Shown one piece after another: positions 63,030 through 64,000 of a stretch of DNA of 64,000 nt. A program made the translations under genes and the position numbers. The DNA is taken from assembly GCF_036365525.1 (NCBI RefSeq), contig NC_090411.1, positions 33,450,804-33,514,803 of the forward strand, given 5' to 3'. The DNA comes from Heterodontus francisci (lineage: Eukaryota). Position 1 is the stretch's first letter. Each line of letters starts with the position of its first letter. The notes beneath the pieces are model-generated. The model did no database searches, was not told where the DNA came from, and worked only from the letters and a program-made list of their open reading frames with translations.

Positions 63030-64000
63030 TAGAAACAGGAGATCTTGGAAATGCTCAGCGGTTGCAGAGTTAATGTTTTAAGTCAGTGACCTTTCATCAG
63101 AACTAGTGATATAGCAGGTTTTAAGTAAGAGGCAGGGAAAGGGACTAGGGGAGGAAATGAATAAAAGAGAAGATCTGTGATCGAGGAGAAGGCAGGAGAG
63201 CTTAAATGATAAAAGGGACGATGTTGCAAGGCTAAAGGAGATGGAAATGGGACAGGTAGAGAAACAAAAAAATAGGTCTAAAGGAGGTATAAATGGCAAC
63301 AGCAGAATTATTACCAACAGCTGCCTTCCAAGAAAAAGAGCAGAGGTTATGATTTGAAATTGTTGAACTTAATGTTGAGTCCAGAAAGCTGTAAGGTGCC
63401 TCATTGAAAGATGAGATGCTGTTCCTGGAACTTACATTGAGCTGCATTGGAATAGTAAAGCAGACCGAGGTCAGAGTGGGAGTGGGGTGGAAAATTAAAT
63501 TGATGGATGACCAAAAGCTTTAGGCGACTGTTGCGGACTGAACGGAAGTATTCCACAAAGCGGTCAACCAACCAGTGCAGAGCAGTGGATGCAGTATACT
63601 AAATTGAAAGTACAAGTAAATCACTGTTTTACCTGGAAGAACTGTTGAAGGCCTTAGACCTTGAGAAAGGAGGAGGTAAAATGGCAGGTGTTGTATCTCC
63701 TGCTTCTGCATGGGAAGGGAAGGGGGTGTTGGTGATTGAGGAGTGGACCAGGGTGTCGTGGAGGGAATGGTCTGTTCGGAATTCTGGATGGGGAGATGAG
63801 GCGAAGATGTGTTTGGTGACATCACACTAATGCAAATGGCACACGATGATCCATTGAGTGTGGAGGCTGGTATGGTGGAAGGTGAGGACAAGGGAAACCC
63901 TAACATGGTTCTGGGAGGGAGGGAAAGTGTGGGAAATAGGATGGAATTGATCAAGGTCCCTGTCAGCCATGGTTGGGGGGGTGGGGGGGCGGTGGTGGAA
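63030..64000 (-). mobile_element. Penelope-like element 3' remnant
   Basis: Collinear with 8890-9830 and with the reverse complement of 53990-55412. Confidence 0.75.

Overview
Eukaryotic, repeat-rich vertebrate DNA. The repeat families (HE1/V-SINE-like, Deu-SINE-like, CR1, L2, Tx1/L1, Penelope-like) point to a cartilaginous fish, probably a shark (inference). Two intact spliced genes lie on the + strand. ATP5MF (ATP synthase subunit f) has 4 exons, CDS 38009-41994, 89 aa. A galectin-1-type prototype galectin has 4 exons, CDS 45073-56164, 135 aa. Most of the rest is nested, decayed retroelements. These include an internally deleted Gypsy LTR element with a 5-bp TSD, a near-full-length Tx1-clade LINE inserted into a ~65-70-bp repeat unit, a young 5'-truncated L1/Tx1 copy and an RTE fragment (both with TSDs), and Penelope-like remnants. 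There is also a 38-bp palindrome-rich minisatellite. The best leads are: (1) minimal hammerhead ribozyme motifs in the Penelope-like ends, with a compensatory stem II change between two subfamilies; (2) possible target-specific Tx1 insertion into a repeat unit; (3) an unrecognised chain of phase-compatible exon-like segments at 16.7-36.1 kb with one in-frame TGA. All calls were made by eye, repeat boundaries are approximate, and most short ORFs in the track are noise or TE fragments.
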